Assembly (NCBI GenBank): GCA_009914755.4 | Contig: CP068257.2 | Span: 21,472,001 to 21,536,000, forward strand | Direction: 5' to 3' | Length of the DNA stretch: 64,000 nucleotides | Source of the DNA: the human T2T-CHM13v2.0 reference genome, Homo sapiens | In this document: one piece after another, positions 23,635 to 38,363 of the stretch | Layout of the letters: every line of letters begins with the position of its first letter | Numbering within the stretch: position 1 is the stretch's first letter | Program-made: the position numbers and the translations under genes | The notes under the pieces: generated by a model | Database searches by the model: none | Told to the model about the DNA's origin: nothing | Seen by the model: the letters and a program-made list of their open reading frames with translations, nothing else

Positions 23635-26600
23635 TTTGCCCACTTTCTTTTTAAAATCTTTGAGAGAAAGAATTTTAGAAGAAAATGAGTCTCTGGTCTC
23701 AGGTTTCCTATACTCTCTCATGGCTAGGAAGGTTTATTCCTAGATGGGTAGGTCACATTTTATTAGGAAATCTCATTTTTTAGCAGGTTGTGAAGTTTGA
23801 TATCCTATGAAGAGAAAATAAGGGGAGGAAGGGAGAAAACAACAACCAAAATCCATTTCCAGAAAATTCATATAGGTCATATTACTCTTAAGTCCATACA
23901 TCTGTAGGGAGGTATGAAAGTGGCAAATGTATGTAAATAGGTTGCAGTTATTTTCTTCTGAAGTGTGAGTTGTCTAGCTTCAGTTTGCAGGGCTTTAAGG
24001 AAGTGCAGCTTAGTTTTCAGTAATCGCAAATTAGAAAAAAATTGGAGGAAAAGTAAAGAAAGAAGAAAAAAATAAAAAAAAACATTATTTTGGAGACTTG
24101 TAGCCAGGAAAAATTAGATTCTAGTCTACTCTGTAGAAAATAATAAAAATTGAAAAACATAGGGCAGGACTAGAAGCTAACAACAGGTGGACTATAGTTT
24201 TTGAAACATAATTTTTCTCTCTCCAGTTTCCTAGTTTTACTAAAGAAAAATCATGGTAGAATCAATTTGCTTTATTATACTTAGCCAGATTATTTGTATA
24301 AAGTGCAAGAATAATTATTTTTTACGTAGGTTTTTTTTCTCCAATGGTGTCCTGGTACAAAAGGAAATATTCTTATTGCACTTATGCAAATAACTATATT
24401 GTCATAAGTTAAGTATATTCAGAAATAGTTTCCAAATTCTGGAGAAATCAGGTAGAGAGAAACAAATATGCTCCAAATTTTGTGCACAGGAGTATAATTT
24501 ACTCAATTGCTACAAGTCGTAAATAGCTCAAATAAAAAGTTTTCTTGACTCTGTTAAACAAAACAAAGGTTCAACAATGTTTTAAGCAAAAAAGTCAAAA
24601 GATTACTTGAGTCTTGTATTAGTTCATTTCATGCAGTTAACTCCCGTTCTGCATGATATTCATGAACATTCCAGCTCTCTATGAGAGTCATGAAAGTTAT
24701 TTTCCTCTATTCTAGTGAACAATCTCCAAAGTTATCAGAACCCTGTATTCAAGAACACTTGTTAAAGTTTTATATCTAATTATAAAACCACCTTCTAAAG
24801 TGGACCAAAACAAGGCAACAGTTGTCAGTGAATGACATAATGTTTTAGGACAGACACAGTCAAAGACACTATTGACAAGGAAATTTGTTACCTCTGTAGC
24901 ACACAATAATTTAATATAACAATTATAATCATTACTGAGAATGTATACTAAGTCATGTCAGAATTATAGAGCTTCCCATAATTTTGTAACACATACCAAT
25001 AAGATATTTATACAAATACATCCCAAAGAAAGCTAAACACCATTTCATATTTGACAATACTCCCTGTATGATTTTTATAACAAAAAAATGTCATTTTTGG
25101 ACTTTAGGGAATCTAATATCTTAAAAGATTAATCAGGTCAGAAAAAGACATAATTTATATTTGACTTTGGAAAGTTTGTCAAATATCAAGGGTTTATAAC
25201 ATTTGATATCACAAAATAGGATCAAAGATCATTGCAAAATAAGTCATTCATTTAACCATAGTGATAACTCAAGGATTTCAAAAACAGGTGAAAACCTTCA
25301 TTCTTTGAGAGAAGAGACTTAATATTCCAAACAATAAGCCCTAATAAAAACAACATGAAGCTAATTAAATTTATTTTTCAAAATTTTATCAACAATCTAT
25401 AACATTTTGGTCATCTTGACCATAACATATAATTTTCCTGTCTTTTATAACCTTTACAACTTTTATTAAGGAGCCAGCTAGTGTTTCATGAAACCCTGGT
25501 ACTTGGACAGGTGTCTATATGCTTTTCTTGCATCAGTGTGCCTTTTACATTAATGGCTAATTTATAGAGAAAATAAACTTACGTTATCTCTCAAAATCAG
25601 CCCTTATAATCTCAGGCACTCACCTCTTCCATGATAGTTACTGGAATTTGAGAAGTTGAAGTTTAATTTCTGGCCCTGTGTCTCACAAACACAGCTTATT
25701 TTGATGGACAGCTTCTGAAGATAAGGCTTTAACTGCTGTCAGTGTTGAGATTCAGCAGGATTTGGTGTCCTTTTAGACACAGAAGTCGAAGCCCAGCAAC
25801 TTAAAGGCACAAGGACTTTAAAAGCACATACAGAAAGTTACAGGGATGTAATAACCTTAATTATAAAAAATCTTATTTTTTTCTAAGCAAACCAAATTTA
25901 GTAATAATAATATAGGAATTATTTTGAGAAAGTGTAAGTTCTGTTTTTTAGGAAAAAAAGTATAATGTCTTGTAATTTATTAAGAGTAAAGCGATACCTC
26001 AAGAAAATTTTGTAGTTTGAATAAATTCTTTAGTATATGTGTTTTTCTTAACCAAAAGTCAATTTCTAGAAATGCCATTATAATTTCCATTTAATTATTT
26101 ATAACTTTATTTTATAAGTTTTTTTTAAAATAAATCTTATTATGACATACACAGACCATTTATAACATGCTTAGACTTTCTGGTTTGTCCTGAACATTCC
26201 TCTTTCTTAAGCAACCATTCATTTTATTCTAGGACAAAATTTACCATACAAGATTCTTACTCATATAAAATTATTTCTCTTTAAGCCTTCTTACCAAAAA
26301 TTGCCTCTTTATTTCTACAACTTTCTTTACATCTCTCTTATTTCCTGGTTCCTTTTACCTTGTTTTATACATAACCTTTAAATAATCTTTGAATTAAACA
26401 AAAATTATTCACCCTTTTTAAAAAGGACTTTTTTTTAGAAAAAATGTTTTCTACAATATACTGTTATTGGAAAATACTCAAATAATGAAATATTTATTGT
26501 TTAATTAAATATAATTTTAGATTCTCAATTATGACAAGTTTGTCTACAAGTACTTATCCCATTCAATTTAACTAATTATTTTACTTTAATAATTTATCTA

Positions 26601-27734
26601 GATTATTTATGAAAACCACAAAAGTCATCAAGTAAAGTTATGAAACTGCCATTACAAAATTGGTACTGAGACAGTGAAAAATATCTGACCTAACTGACTC
26701 CATCTTGCTTGTAATCCCCTGGCTATTCTTATTCATTCCTGGGTGTAGGCCAAACTAACTTTGGGAGGAACTTAGTTTATAGTTTAGCTTTGAAACAAAG
26801 TCGATAACAGTCCTTCCTCCAAGCAAACCTCCTTCCTGCCTGGGAACTAGACCATCTAAAGCCACAAGATTAGATGTTATGTTTATTTTAGTAAATAATT
26901 CAATATTTTGCTATTTTCATCAAATCAGCGTCAATGTCTTATTTACTTAAAATTCTACAAGCAAAGATTATTCTGTTTTGGGATGGTTTATAGTTTTGAA
27001 ATCACTATGCCAAATTTTGACACCTGATAGTATTTGGCAGGGATAAGTATGAAATGTCTTCATCAATAAATGTAAACAAAATGTATGCTGGCATTTCTTA
27101 AGACATTTCTAATATTACTTTACCAATAATTTTAAAGCTAGCATTTTATTAAAAATTTTACTTAAGTCATGCAAACTTGAAAAAGCATTTGACCAGTCTT
27201 TCCTTTTTTTCTGATGAAGTATTTTATTTAAGGGCTTCTATTTTTCTTTAAGCCAATTAATTAGAGATCTTTTATATATTTTTAATGGTGAAACACTGTG
27301 TACACAACACATAATACATAGATGTATTGGCATACCGATAGTAGTATATCTTACAGATTCATAAAACCTTCTTTTTTCCCCTAACTAAAACTTGCAAACT
27401 CTTGATAAGCTGTTTCATTACCCTGGCAGTTGTCAGGTAAATAGCCCTAAATCTGTGTTTGAAGGAAACAACTCTTAGGTGAAAAATCAGACAGCAAAAT
27501 TTACATCCCAGGGTACAGACAGAAAAAGTCTGGTGGTGTGAGAGGGAGATTAAAGTTGTATGCCAAATGAAACATAAAATTAGAGAAATCTATCATAGGA
27601 CTGTATAAGGGGATCAATTTTATTTAGACAGAACTACCAATCTTTTAACTGCATCTCTGATCTCTGGGTAGAGCCCACATAGAATCCTGGGTCTCCAAAA
27701 AGGGAGGATTATTATTATTATTAATATATATATA

Positions 27735-28019
27735 TTTTTGAGATGGAGTCTCACTCTGTCACCCAGGCTGGAGTGCAGTAGCACAATCTCAGCTCACTGC
27801 AACCCCCACCTCCTGGGTTCAAGCGATTCTTCTGTCTCAGCCTCCAGAGTAACTGAAACTATAAGTGCGTTTCACCACACTTGGCTAATTTTTGTATTTT
27901 TAGTAGAAACAGGGTTTTACCATACTGGCCAGGCTGGTCTTGAACTCCTGACCCTGGGATCTGCCCGCCTCGGCCTCCCAAAGTGCTGTAATTACAGGTG
28001 TGAGCCACCACACCCAGCC
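27735..28019 (-). mobile_element. Alu SINE (AluS-like) with a roughly 19-bp TSD AAAAAGGGAG(G/A)ATTATTAT
   Basis: tttttgagatggagtctcactctgtcacccaggctggagtgcagtagcacaatctcagctcactgcaaccc...ggtgtgagccaccacacccagcc. The flank before reads ccaaaaagggaggattattatt and the flank after reads ccaaaaaagggagaattattatg. Confidence 0.95.
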
Positions 28020-28596
28020 AAAAAAGGGAGAATTATTATGAGGCTAGATCATGTGATGCTTGTACAGTGCATACTAAAAATTATTTTAAAACCAAGACAT
28101 CTGTAACTGTCTAAACTCTTCCTTAAAAACTCAAGTAGCCTCTGTTGTAGTATTTTGGTAAAAAAAAATCAGGTAACATAGTGAAAAAGCAAGCAGTTTC
28201 AGAGCTGAGATGAACTTGTCTGTTTATACATTTGGGGTTCCACAAGGAAAAACAGAGTTTTCTCCCCAGAAGGGAGTCTGGTGTCTTCTCCATTTCTTCC
28301 ATTTCTTTAAGGAACCCTATGCTGTCACAAACTAGTTTAGGTCCCTCATGCAGCAGAGGGTGCAAGAGAAAGGAGAGACAGCAGAATTATGAAGAAAACA
28401 GAATTCAGTCAACTGAGAAGACAAAGAAAAAGCTTTTGCTCAAAAAAGACAAGGTCCTAGGAAAGAAAAAAACAAAAACATGAGGCCTTTTAAGTACAAA
28501 CACACACATAGGCACACAATCACACACACATCTTGAATGTTAGATTTTAATTAAGCTGACTTTTAACCATTGAGTGCCTTTAAAAAAATATTTTTA

Positions 28597-28890
<294 letters not shown>

Positions 28891-29337
28891 ATCTTTTAAA
28901 ATCTCATTACTATATATCAGCTAGGACAATTTGCTGCTACTTCAGAAGTACCAAATAGCAAACCAGAAAGGGATTGATTTAGGAACCAAACCCAGGCTGT
29001 TGTGTGGAAAAAAAGACGATAGAACCCTAGCTATGGAACTGCATTGTGGGGTGATAGCCATTGCTCTTTCAGCCAAAAATCGGCCTAGCAAAAATTGGCC
29101 TTGTTATGTAAGTGAAGCCCCTTAAGTAGTCAAAATAAAAAATCTTTATTTTTTATTTTTTTTCCTTTTGCTGGTCCTTCTGCTCCCCCCAACACATCAC
29201 CTTTATTTTTTAATTAATTAATTTATTTATTTATTATTTGGAATTTAGCCACTTCAGAGGCCTTGTTCCCCACAATTTGGAACTTTCCTTCAGATTTGAT
29301 CAAGTTGGATAGAGTTGGTCAAACCCAGTAAGAAAAA

Positions 29338-29405
29338 GACCAAAACAATAACAAAAACAGAAACAAACAACAACAACAAAAACAGTTAAGCAAAACAAAC
29401 AATCA
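29338..29405. repeat. (CAA/AAC)n-rich low-complexity tract
   Basis: caaaacaataacaaaaacagaaacaaacaacaacaacaaaaacagttaagcaaaacaaacaatcacacaac. Confidence 0.7.
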
Positions 29406-29564
29406 CACAACTTATACAATTACTGAATGCCCTACTGGTAAAAAGAAATTAAGACCAGCTGGTTGTTAATCTTAACTTTAGCCAAGACAAACCCCAATTC
29501 AGTTACTTACCTGGGATGGATTTCAGGCAGAAGACTGCTATCATCCTAGAAGCAAGGAAAAAAC

Positions 29565-29695
29565 ATAAAACTTGCCTTGTTTGTTGGAAGTGAGTTCAAA
29601 CTCCAGAACGTAATTTTCTGCCTTCCATCATCATGGACGTATTAAAACTTGCCTTCCTTGTGTTGGAAGCAAGTAAAACTCCAAAAAGTAAGTTG
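29565..29695. repeat. Local tandem duplication (about 76-bp period, 2 copies)
   Basis: ataaaacttgccttgtttgttggaagtgagttcaaactccagaacgtaa ... attaaaacttgccttccttgtgttggaagcaagtaaaactccaaaaagtaa. Confidence 0.6.
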
Positions 29696-29892
29696 TACAG
29701 CAAAATAAACTTCAGATCTTGACCAAATTTTGCAACATCAGGAATTCTCTGGAGGGGGTGCTGCCAGATCTCAGCAAATTGTCTTGTTGGTGTGAGCCAT
29801 AAAGATAGCTCAAGCTGGTACCAAGCACCAATAGGAGATTTGTCAAAGGTGAGGGGCACCTCCACCAGAACTCTTTTGTGGTTGCCAAAATG

Positions 29893-30367
29893 TGAACCCC
29901 GAATATCTGAGATAGGTCTCAGTCAGTTAAGGAAGTTTATTTTGCCAAAATTAAGGACATGAGCCCTTAACAGGCATGATAAAGCCACAAGAGGTCCTGA
30001 CAATATGTGTCCAAGGTGTCCGAGCACAGCTTGATTTATACATTTTAGAGAAACACGAGACATCAATCAGTATATGTAAGATGAACATTGGTTTGGTCCA
30101 GAAAGGCGGGACAACTCAAAGCAAAGGTGGGACAACTCAAAATGGGGAGGGGTCTTCTGGGACATAGGTAGGTAAGAGACAAATGGTTGCATTCTTTTGA
30201 GTTTCTGGTTAGCCTTTCGAAAGAAGGCAATCAGATATGCACTTATCTCAGTGAGCGGAAGGATGACTGAGCAGAATGGGAAGCAGGTTTGCCCTAAACA
30301 GTTCCCAGCTTGACTTTTTCCTTTAGATTAGTGATTTTGGGATCCCAAGGTTTATTTTCCTTTCAAA
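29893..30367 (+). mobile_element. Unclassified roughly 475-bp interspersed repeat, copy B (same family and orientation as 23161-23634)
   Basis: TGAACCCCGAATATCTGAGATAGGTCTCAGTCAG...GATTTTGGGATCCCAAGGTTTATTTTCCTTTCAAA. It carries one roughly 18-bp insertion relative to copy A. Confidence 0.65.
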
Positions 30368-30762
30368 CTAATAATGACATATATAATTATTTCAATAATT
30401 ATTAATAGTTTCTTTTGTTTATTGTTAAATTCAACAATCTAATCATTGTATATTTATTGAATATCTGTTTTGCAATATTTTATAAATTTATAATTTTTAT
30501 AAATTTTATAATTTTTAAAAGTAAGGAAAATCTAGCTTTGTTTTCAAGGCATCTAATTTCTTTTATAATTTTTATTGTGTATAAATAACATGATAGAGAA
30601 GCAAAATATTATGTGGGGTCCAAGGAAAAGTATATCTGTTTGAGGATGCTCAGAATAACTTCATGTAGAAACTTCTGTTCAAACTGTGATATGAACAATG
30701 GGTAGCATTCTGAAGACCATACTTGGGAGTGAAATAGTCTCTAGAGATGCTTTTATTATTAT

Positions 30763-31597
30763 TATTATTATACTTTAAGTTTTAGGGTACATGTGCACAT
30801 TGTGCAGGTTAGTTACATATGTATACATGTGCCATGCTGGTGCGCTGCACTCACTAACTCGTCATCTAGCATTAGGTATATCTCCCGATGCTATCCCTCC
30901 CCCCTCCCACCACCCCACAACAGTCCCCAGAGTGTGATATTCCCCTTCCTGTGTCCATGTGATCTCATTGTTCAGTTCCCACCTATGAGTGAGAATATGC
31001 GGTGTTTGGTTTTTTGTTCTTGCGATAGTTTACTGAGAATGATGATTTCCAATTTCATCCATGTCCCTACAAAGGAAATGAACTCATCATTTTTTATGGC
31101 TGCATAGTATGGAATCATGATGTATATGTGCCACATTTTCTTAATCCAGTCTATCATTGTTGGACATTTGGGTTGGTTCCAAGTCTTTGCTATTGTGAAT
31201 AATGCCGCAATAAACATACGTGTGCATGTGTCTTTAGAGCAGCATGATTTATAGTCCTTTGGGTATATACCCAGTAATGGGATGGCTGGGTCAAATGGTA
31301 TTTCCAGTTCTAGATCCCTGAGGAGTCGCCACACTGACTTCCACAATGGTTGAACTAGTTTACAGTCCCACCAACAGTGTAAAAGTGTTCCTATTTCTCC
31401 ACATCCTCTCCAGCACCTGTTGTTTCCTGACTTTTTAATGATTGCCATTCTAACTGGTGTGAGATGGTATCTCACTGTGGTTTTGATTTGCATTTCTCTG
31501 ATGGCCAGTGATGATGAACATTTTTTCATGTGTTTTTTGGCTGCATAAATGTCTTCTTTTGAGAAGTGTCTGTTCATGTCCTTCGCCTAACCATGTA
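30763..31597 (-). mobile_element. L1 (L1PA-type) 3' terminal roughly 835 bp, 5'-truncated, with a (TAA)n tail (seen as (TTA)n at 30745-30763 on the plus strand)
   Basis: Antisense L1 3' end: tactttaagttttagggtacatgtgcacattgtgcaggttagttacatatgtatacatgtgccatg. The minus-strand ORF 30972..31577 encodes [84 protein letters not shown]...[13 protein letters not shown], i.e. the C-terminal roughly 200 aa of L1 ORF2p. Confidence 0.92.
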
Positions 31598-31789
31598 GAC
31601 AAAACTTTGATGTTTGAGATTCCAGGGTGAGTTTAGAATGAGTATATAGTTTGGTTTGACTAAAATATTTAGGGATGAGAGGTAAAAATAGAATAAACAT
31701 ACATACTACAAGTTAAGAATACTTACCTGAAATGCTTGAAAACAGAAGTGTTTCAGATTTTGACTTCTTTCAGATTTTGTAATATTTGT

Positions 31790-31975
31790 ATACACATATA
31801 TATGTATATGTAATATTTGTGTATGTATATTTGTATAAATATTTGTGTGTGTATAAATATTTGTGTGTGTATATATTGTGTGTATAAATATTTGTGTATA
31901 ATTGTGTATACTTGTGTATAATTTGTGTATAATTGTGTGTATAAATATTTGTGTGTGTGTATATAAAATGAGGTA
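31790..31975. repeat. AT-rich minisatellite, (TGTGTATAAATATTTG)-like units
   Basis: gtatatttgtataaatatttgtgtgtgtataaatatttgtgtgtgtatatattgtgtgtataaatatttgtgtataattgtgtatacttgtgtataatttgtgtataattgtgtgtataaatatttgtgtgtgtgtatat. Confidence 0.8.
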
Positions 31976-34900
31976 TCTTTGGGGTGGGACCCAAGTCTAA
32001 ACACAAAATTCTCTTGTGTTTCCTATACTCCTTACACATATAACCTGAAGATAATTTTATAAAATATTTTAATAATTGTGTGCATGAAATAAAGTTTTGA
32101 CTGTGTTTTGACTACAACCTGTCACATGAGGTTATGTGTGGAATTTTCGACTTGTGATGTCATGTTTGTGCTCAAAAAGTTTTGGATTTGGGAGCATTTT
32201 GAATTTCATATCTTCAGATTAGGAATATGAATACGATAACTTGATTGCCAGGAGAATGTTTTTTCTTAATCCGTTATAAAATTTGGAGTCACTAAAGCAT
32301 GTTTAAACAAAATGATATATGATCAGAATTTTTAAGTGATTAGAAATAGTTGGATGCATTGTTTAAGTAGAGGTTAATATTTTATTTATTTCCTTAATAC
32401 ATCTGTCATTAGTTTCTTTTGAGAATAGGATCAATGAAGAGGTTGCTGGTATGAGATTATTATAAAGGAACTCTAGATCAGGAAAGTGAAGAAGAAAGTA
32501 TTTCTGGACTATCGCCACTTCTAAACTTTCATGTACTATGATGTATTTATACCATAGAATAAATAACAGCACATTTTGGTGCTCCGTAAATGGGTCCATA
32601 TCTCTGTACTTCATAAACTGGTTCATATCTTCATGTTGTAAAAAACCCAATGGCATACTTTCTGAAATAGTTCACCCAAGGGGAAAATAATAGTAATAAC
32701 GGAAGCAATTGGGTAGAGAACAGGATTTAGGACTTCAAACATATTTAAAGCTCAAATAAATTTATTCATTTTTAGCCTATTTTTGGCTTTAATACATTAT
32801 ATTAAACATTAAATTTAATATTCAGATAAATATATTCTGACCCTAAGGATTTTAATATAAAATGCAGTCCATGTAAATAAATAAAATCTTGCAATTTTTA
32901 TTTATATGTAGTTCTAAAGCTTATTGTTTTACAGCTTCTTTTACTTCCTGTATTGTAGGTTATAGACAGCTAGTTGATCATTTTGTAGCTTTTACTTTCT
33001 TATGGAAAGCAGGATTTTCTGTATATTGCATTGTGAACCCAGAATGTGCTAGTTTATTAATGGAAAGTACAACTTCCAAGTCTCCATTTATTCAAACACT
33101 AAAATTTGAAATAGCAGAGTAATTTTTTAAACATGTAGTCAACAGAATCAGATGCTACCTTTTGGAAAGGGCTGGGTGTGTATGTATCTGTGCATAAATT
33201 GACTATGAGCTTGCTTTCAAGTTAACTTTATCATTTAACATTTACTGAAAATACTAGTAATGAAATAAACATAATTTTGAATAAAGAAACATTGAAATTT
33301 TCTACAGTCAAGAACAAACATGTTCAGATGACTGTTGTTTAATGGGCCCAGGGGCAGCTTATACACATGACTTGGTGCACTCTGGTGCTTGCCAATAGAA
33401 GGTGACCTACAGTCACTTGCTAGTCATCAAAAGAGAGTTTGCTTAGACCTGGATATAGCTGAACACAGTGTGGTCTGGTTTTGAAATAAAGAGGAAGAGC
33501 CCTACCTAATTGTATATTTTTTATGACATAAACATAGGAATAAACTTGAATTAGAGAAAAAATATCACAGGCAGCAAACAGAGCTACTAGGACAAGGATT
33601 GGAAAAATGCCAGAGCACTATATGGAGATGTTGATTGAATTCATGTGAAGCCCCTCTTACTTGCTAAAGGGTCAGTTACTGAACATCCCTCCAGGTAAAG
33701 AAAAGCCAAAAGCCGAGCCAGCTTGTTGTCATCCAATTTGGCAAGAACACCCTGGGTCAGTCACAAGCCAGTCAGTAACTCATGCTCAGGTTCATCTGTT
33801 TTTAGTGATATAGTGTCTCACCTAGAAATTTGAAAAAAATGGTGTTTTAAAAGTTATGAGACAAGAAGTAGTATACCAATAACTTTTCTTAATATTAAGC
33901 AAACCCATTAAAATTAAATAAACAAAATAAATGTTGTGCATACTCATAAGAAAAATAGCAACTCTTTGTTGAGTGCTAACCAAGCATGCCATTTTAGTTT
34001 CTTTACAGTTATTATTATTATAGCTCAACAACAAACCTCAGAATTATGTTCCACTGTTACCCTTAATTTAGATGATGAAACAGAGGTATATAGAGTATGT
34101 AGCTCATCCAAAAGCACACTCTACTTAGTGACAGAGTATTCAGACTCTAGCTACTTAATAGCATCTTTCTTTGATAATTTTATGAGTTTATCCATGTAGA
34201 TGGTGTTTAGCAAGACAAAAACTACTACACTTCAACATTACATGCAATTATCTAGAATCTCAGTTCTTCAAACAAGGGTGACTTTTGTTGTGAAGTCTGG
34301 TAGACTCTCATGACTCGTCTTTACACTTTTGGTAACTTCCTTTGATTAGCTGATCCAGAAAATTCTAGTCCAATTCCTTATGAATAATAATGAAAGAGCG
34401 TATCCCCTACTGATTACAAAGGTACTATAAGAAAAAATAAAGACAAAACAATACTCATCAGAAAATTGCTATCCTATATATTAAATAATTCAAATCCTAA
34501 ATTCAAGCATTCAGGAAAGATAATGGCAAGCCATTAGAGAAATTAAATAGAAGATTCTAGAACCCAATAAGGAAAGCAAGTTATTTAAACTACTGAAATT
34601 TTCAGGTTTGTTACTGTAGTATACTCTAGTTGATTATGACAGATCCAAAGATTAAAAACAAAATATTAACTATTAGAGACATGAGATGGAGATTCAGCAT
34701 GCATGTATCACAGAAGGAGAAAACAAACACAGTACTGTTAGAGAAAAAATATTTAAAATGTTTCAGGAAAATATTCTGAAATGAGAAATAAGAAAATGAG
34801 GATTGGGTTAAAGATCAAAATAGCCTTGAAAATTTCATCATATCGACATATTCTCGTCGACAAGAACATTCCAAGAATATGCAATTCTTAAATCACTTTT

Positions 34901-35560
34901 TGATCACTTAAAAAAGTGATAATCTTTTGAAAGACTAGAAAAACAAAATAAAACTTAAGCCACATATAAAGATAAAAAATTCAACTAGTTTTCGATAAAA
35001 TATTTTAAATGAGATATTCACATTACGTGATTTCTTAATTATCTTTCCACTCTAAAAATACCATCATTCTGTATACATAGGCCATAACCAATAAAAATAA
35101 TGTCTGCCGTTACTGATATATGCTCTGCCTGAAAATTGTTAAATGGTCTTGGCCTATCAACACATCACTCACAAGGAACACTTAAAAATAAATTTTCATT
35201 CTCTTCAGAAGACAAACACAAATCCTGATAAGAGACTCTCACAAAATCAGTCTCAGCCTCCTAGAAACATCTGATTTTGATATTCTTCCTGGGTGGGAAA
35301 TGACACAGGCAGATTTGTGTTTCATCAGCTTAGAGATAATTGGTCAAATTGCAAGGCCGACTTTATCACTAATGGAATGAGGGGAAAAAGAAAAGCCTCA
35401 AAGACAGGACATTAGGAAACATCTAAAGTGAAAAAGAGGGGAAAAAGAAGTCAGTAACGGGCAGAAAAAGACATCAGAAAGTAGGAACATAAAAAAGACA
35501 ACCAAGAATAAATGATAGTCAATACAGTCCTGTACTGCAATGAACGTTAAGAAAGTTGAA

Positions 35561-35878
35561 GGCTGCCAGGCGCAGTGGCTCACCCTTGTAATCCCAGCAC
35601 TTTGAGAGTCCGAGGCAGGTGGATCAATTGAGGTCAGGAGTTCGAGACCTAGTCTGGCCAACATGGTGAACCCCATCTCTACTAAAAATACAAAAAAAAA
35701 AAAAAAAATTAGCCAGGTGTGGTGGTGCGTGCCCATAATCCCAGCTACTTGGAGGCTGAGGCAGGAGAATTGCTTGAACCCAGGAGGCAGAGGTTGCAGT
35801 GAGCCGAGATTGCACCACTGCACTCAGGCCTGGGTGACAGAGTAAGATTCAGTCTCAAAAAAAAAGAAAAAAAAAAAG
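35561..35878 (+). mobile_element. Alu SINE (AluS-like), full length, with internal A16, poly-A tail and TSD AAGTTGAAGGC
   Basis: ggctgccaggcgcagtggctcacccttgtaatcccagcactttgagagtccgaggcaggtggatcaattgaggtcaggagttcgagacc...cagtctcaaaaaaaaagaaaaaaaaaa. The flanks read gaaagttgaaggc|Alu|agttgaaggccaag. Confidence 0.95.
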
Positions 35879-38057
35879 TTGAAGGCCAAGTGTATGTGCT
35901 TGATTGTTTTCAATTTCATTTAAATAATTTATTATATATTGCTAGGGATTGAATGCTCCCAAAGAGCACAGTCAACGGAACTAAGAGCAGAAAAACAGGG
36001 GACATGAGAAACAATGGACAGAAGAGAATTCCAAAGCTTCTAATGTTGTTATTTTCCTTTCTGTTACAAAATGCCCCCAGGCTAGTATGATTTCCAAACT
36101 ATATTACTACTGTTAACATGATATAATTTTTCAAGTAAAATAATGGAAATATATTAGTTTCCATCTGATTCTAAGAATGCATTGCACTCTCACAATTTGA
36201 TAAGGTATTTGAGGAACTCATTTCTGCTCTCAAAAAAAATTCTAAAAATAATGCATAGATAAAATTAGGTGTGTTATATATTGAGATCACTATAAAACAC
36301 TTTTCTTATTGACATTGCTTCATACATGACAGATGTTTTGACAACCACACTTATTATCTCTGTGTGTATTCCTCTCTGCCCTTCCCCTTGCTAACATCTA
36401 CTGACAAACAGTGATCAGTGTTAGCAAACAGCTTCTCTGGAACTGAGCATCTATCCAGCAAGCCTCCTGCCATCTACAGGCAAAATAAAAATTCCTCATT
36501 GCAAAGGTGAAGAATTAAACATTGGTAAGTCTGTTCTGTTGTTCTTACTGAAATTGAAGGGACAGTAATTTAAACTGTAATGATATTTTGCCAGAACAAA
36601 CTAAGGCCTCATGTACGTGAAAATTAATGGTAAAATACAATCTTCTCTGCTTGCTTGCTAGCAAAGCAAAGCACTGACGTTATTGTGGGGAAAAACTTGC
36701 CCTTTGAATTTTTATCATTGTCATGTCACATTTATTAAACACTGATATAATTTTATTGAGCTAGGTCTTCTCCAAGCAAGTTTTACAAGCCCTGACATTT
36801 AAGAGCTAGGATTTTAAATCAGCCAATGTTGATAAAGTTGATTGTAAAATGTTGGTACTTATAAAAGAGAAATTAAAATAAAAATTGATGAGGGAAAGGA
36901 AGTGATACTGAGGGAAGAATAGAAAAAAAAAATAAACCCAGATGTTTTAGCTCTAGGAGAGATAAAGCTGAGTTAAAACCAGAACTTTGAGTCCAAAAAT
37001 TACCTAACCCTGGAAGTGTGCCCTTATTTGCTAGGTAATAAAAACAATTTAAAAATAGTAAGAAAAGATTATGAATCCAGGTCAGAATGAAGCAAGGGAT
37101 GCAAGCCACAGCCATGATCTGATATCAGGTTATGTTGTGAAGAAGTTAAATTTTATAACTATTTGTATGTGGGAATGAGGTTGGAGAAACTCCCAAGACT
37201 TATCTGGAATTGTTCTTTGATCATCAGTGTTCAGCGATAAGTATTTTAATTAAAATTTCAATAGATTTTTCTTTGATGAGTATCCAAGCTATTCTCTCAG
37301 CAGATAATCTCCCTGAATAATGTGATGGAACAGAAAACAAATGAAAATCTAAAATCAACATAGGCTGTACTACGAATGCACCTAAAGTTACATCCATTGT
37401 AGGAATCATGTGTACTTTCACATACTGAATTTTTTACAGAAATTAAGAGGAAAGCAATTAGACACTAACAACTAAGATCTGATGAGTCAAGGAGGAAGTG
37501 TATACAGTACACACATTCTTTTTTCTTTCTCACACAATGGGTTCCATTCCCACTACTACTCCATTCAAATTGAAGTGCCTTCAATGATTATTAAAAAACT
37601 CTCTTTAAAATAGCTCATGTAACCTTACATCCTTTGACTGAGGCTCAACTCATGTCAATGCTTCAGTATCAACTTTTCCTGCCACTTGCAACATATTTTG
37701 TATGTCTGTATACACACATACATACATACATATATTTAGGTGTACATGGTGTAATGAATGTTCTGTCAACCATGTGGAAATAAGAAAAGGACGTCAGTTT
37801 GTAACAGTTTTCTGTAAAAACAAAGTATTTGGAAGATATTTCACTTACGTTAAATAAAGTATTCTCGGTTTTAGGACCATTTTCAAATAGCTTCTTTCCT
37901 ATAAGATGTAGGTATTAAAGATTAAAGGGGTTATGAAATAGGATTATTCTTACTTGAAGAAGGCTGGCTAAATGTTCTAGGAAAACTTCGGAGGCATTAT
38001 TTAAATGAAGCCACTAGTGTCCACCAGTTAAGTTTTCAGTTTCCAAGCTAGGTTATT

Positions 38058-38363
38058 ATTATTTATTTTTTTTGAGACAGAGTCTCCCTCTGTCACCCAG
38101 ACTGGAGTGCAGTGCCCTGATCTTGGCTCACTGCCAAGACTGGGTTCAAGTGGGTTCAACTGGGTTCAAGTGGTTCTCCTGCCTCAGCCTCCTGAGTAGC
38201 TGTGAATACAGGCACATGCCACCATGCCAGGCAAATTTTTGTATTTTTAGTAGAGACGGAGTTTCACCATGTTGGCCAGGCTAGTCTCAAACTCCTGACC
38301 TTGTGATCAGCCCACCTCGGCCTCCCAGAGTTCTGGGATTACAGGTGTGAGCCTCCATGCCCA
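38058..38363 (-). mobile_element. Alu SINE with an internal short tandem triplication (gggttcaagtgggttcaactgggttcaagtgg at 38143-38173)
   Basis: tttttttgagacagagtctccctctgtcacccagactggagtgcagtgccctgatcttggctcactgccaag...ggattacaggtgtgagcctccatgcccagcc. Confidence 0.93.

Noticed and set aside
30972-31577. Longest ORF in the track (201 aa, minus strand), considered as a possible protein-coding gene
   Set aside because: It is the C-terminal roughly 200 residues of L1 ORF2p (…[19 protein letters not shown]…[10 protein letters not shown]). It lies inside a 5'-truncated L1 3' end with a (TAA)n tail, so it is a retroelement remnant and not a host gene.
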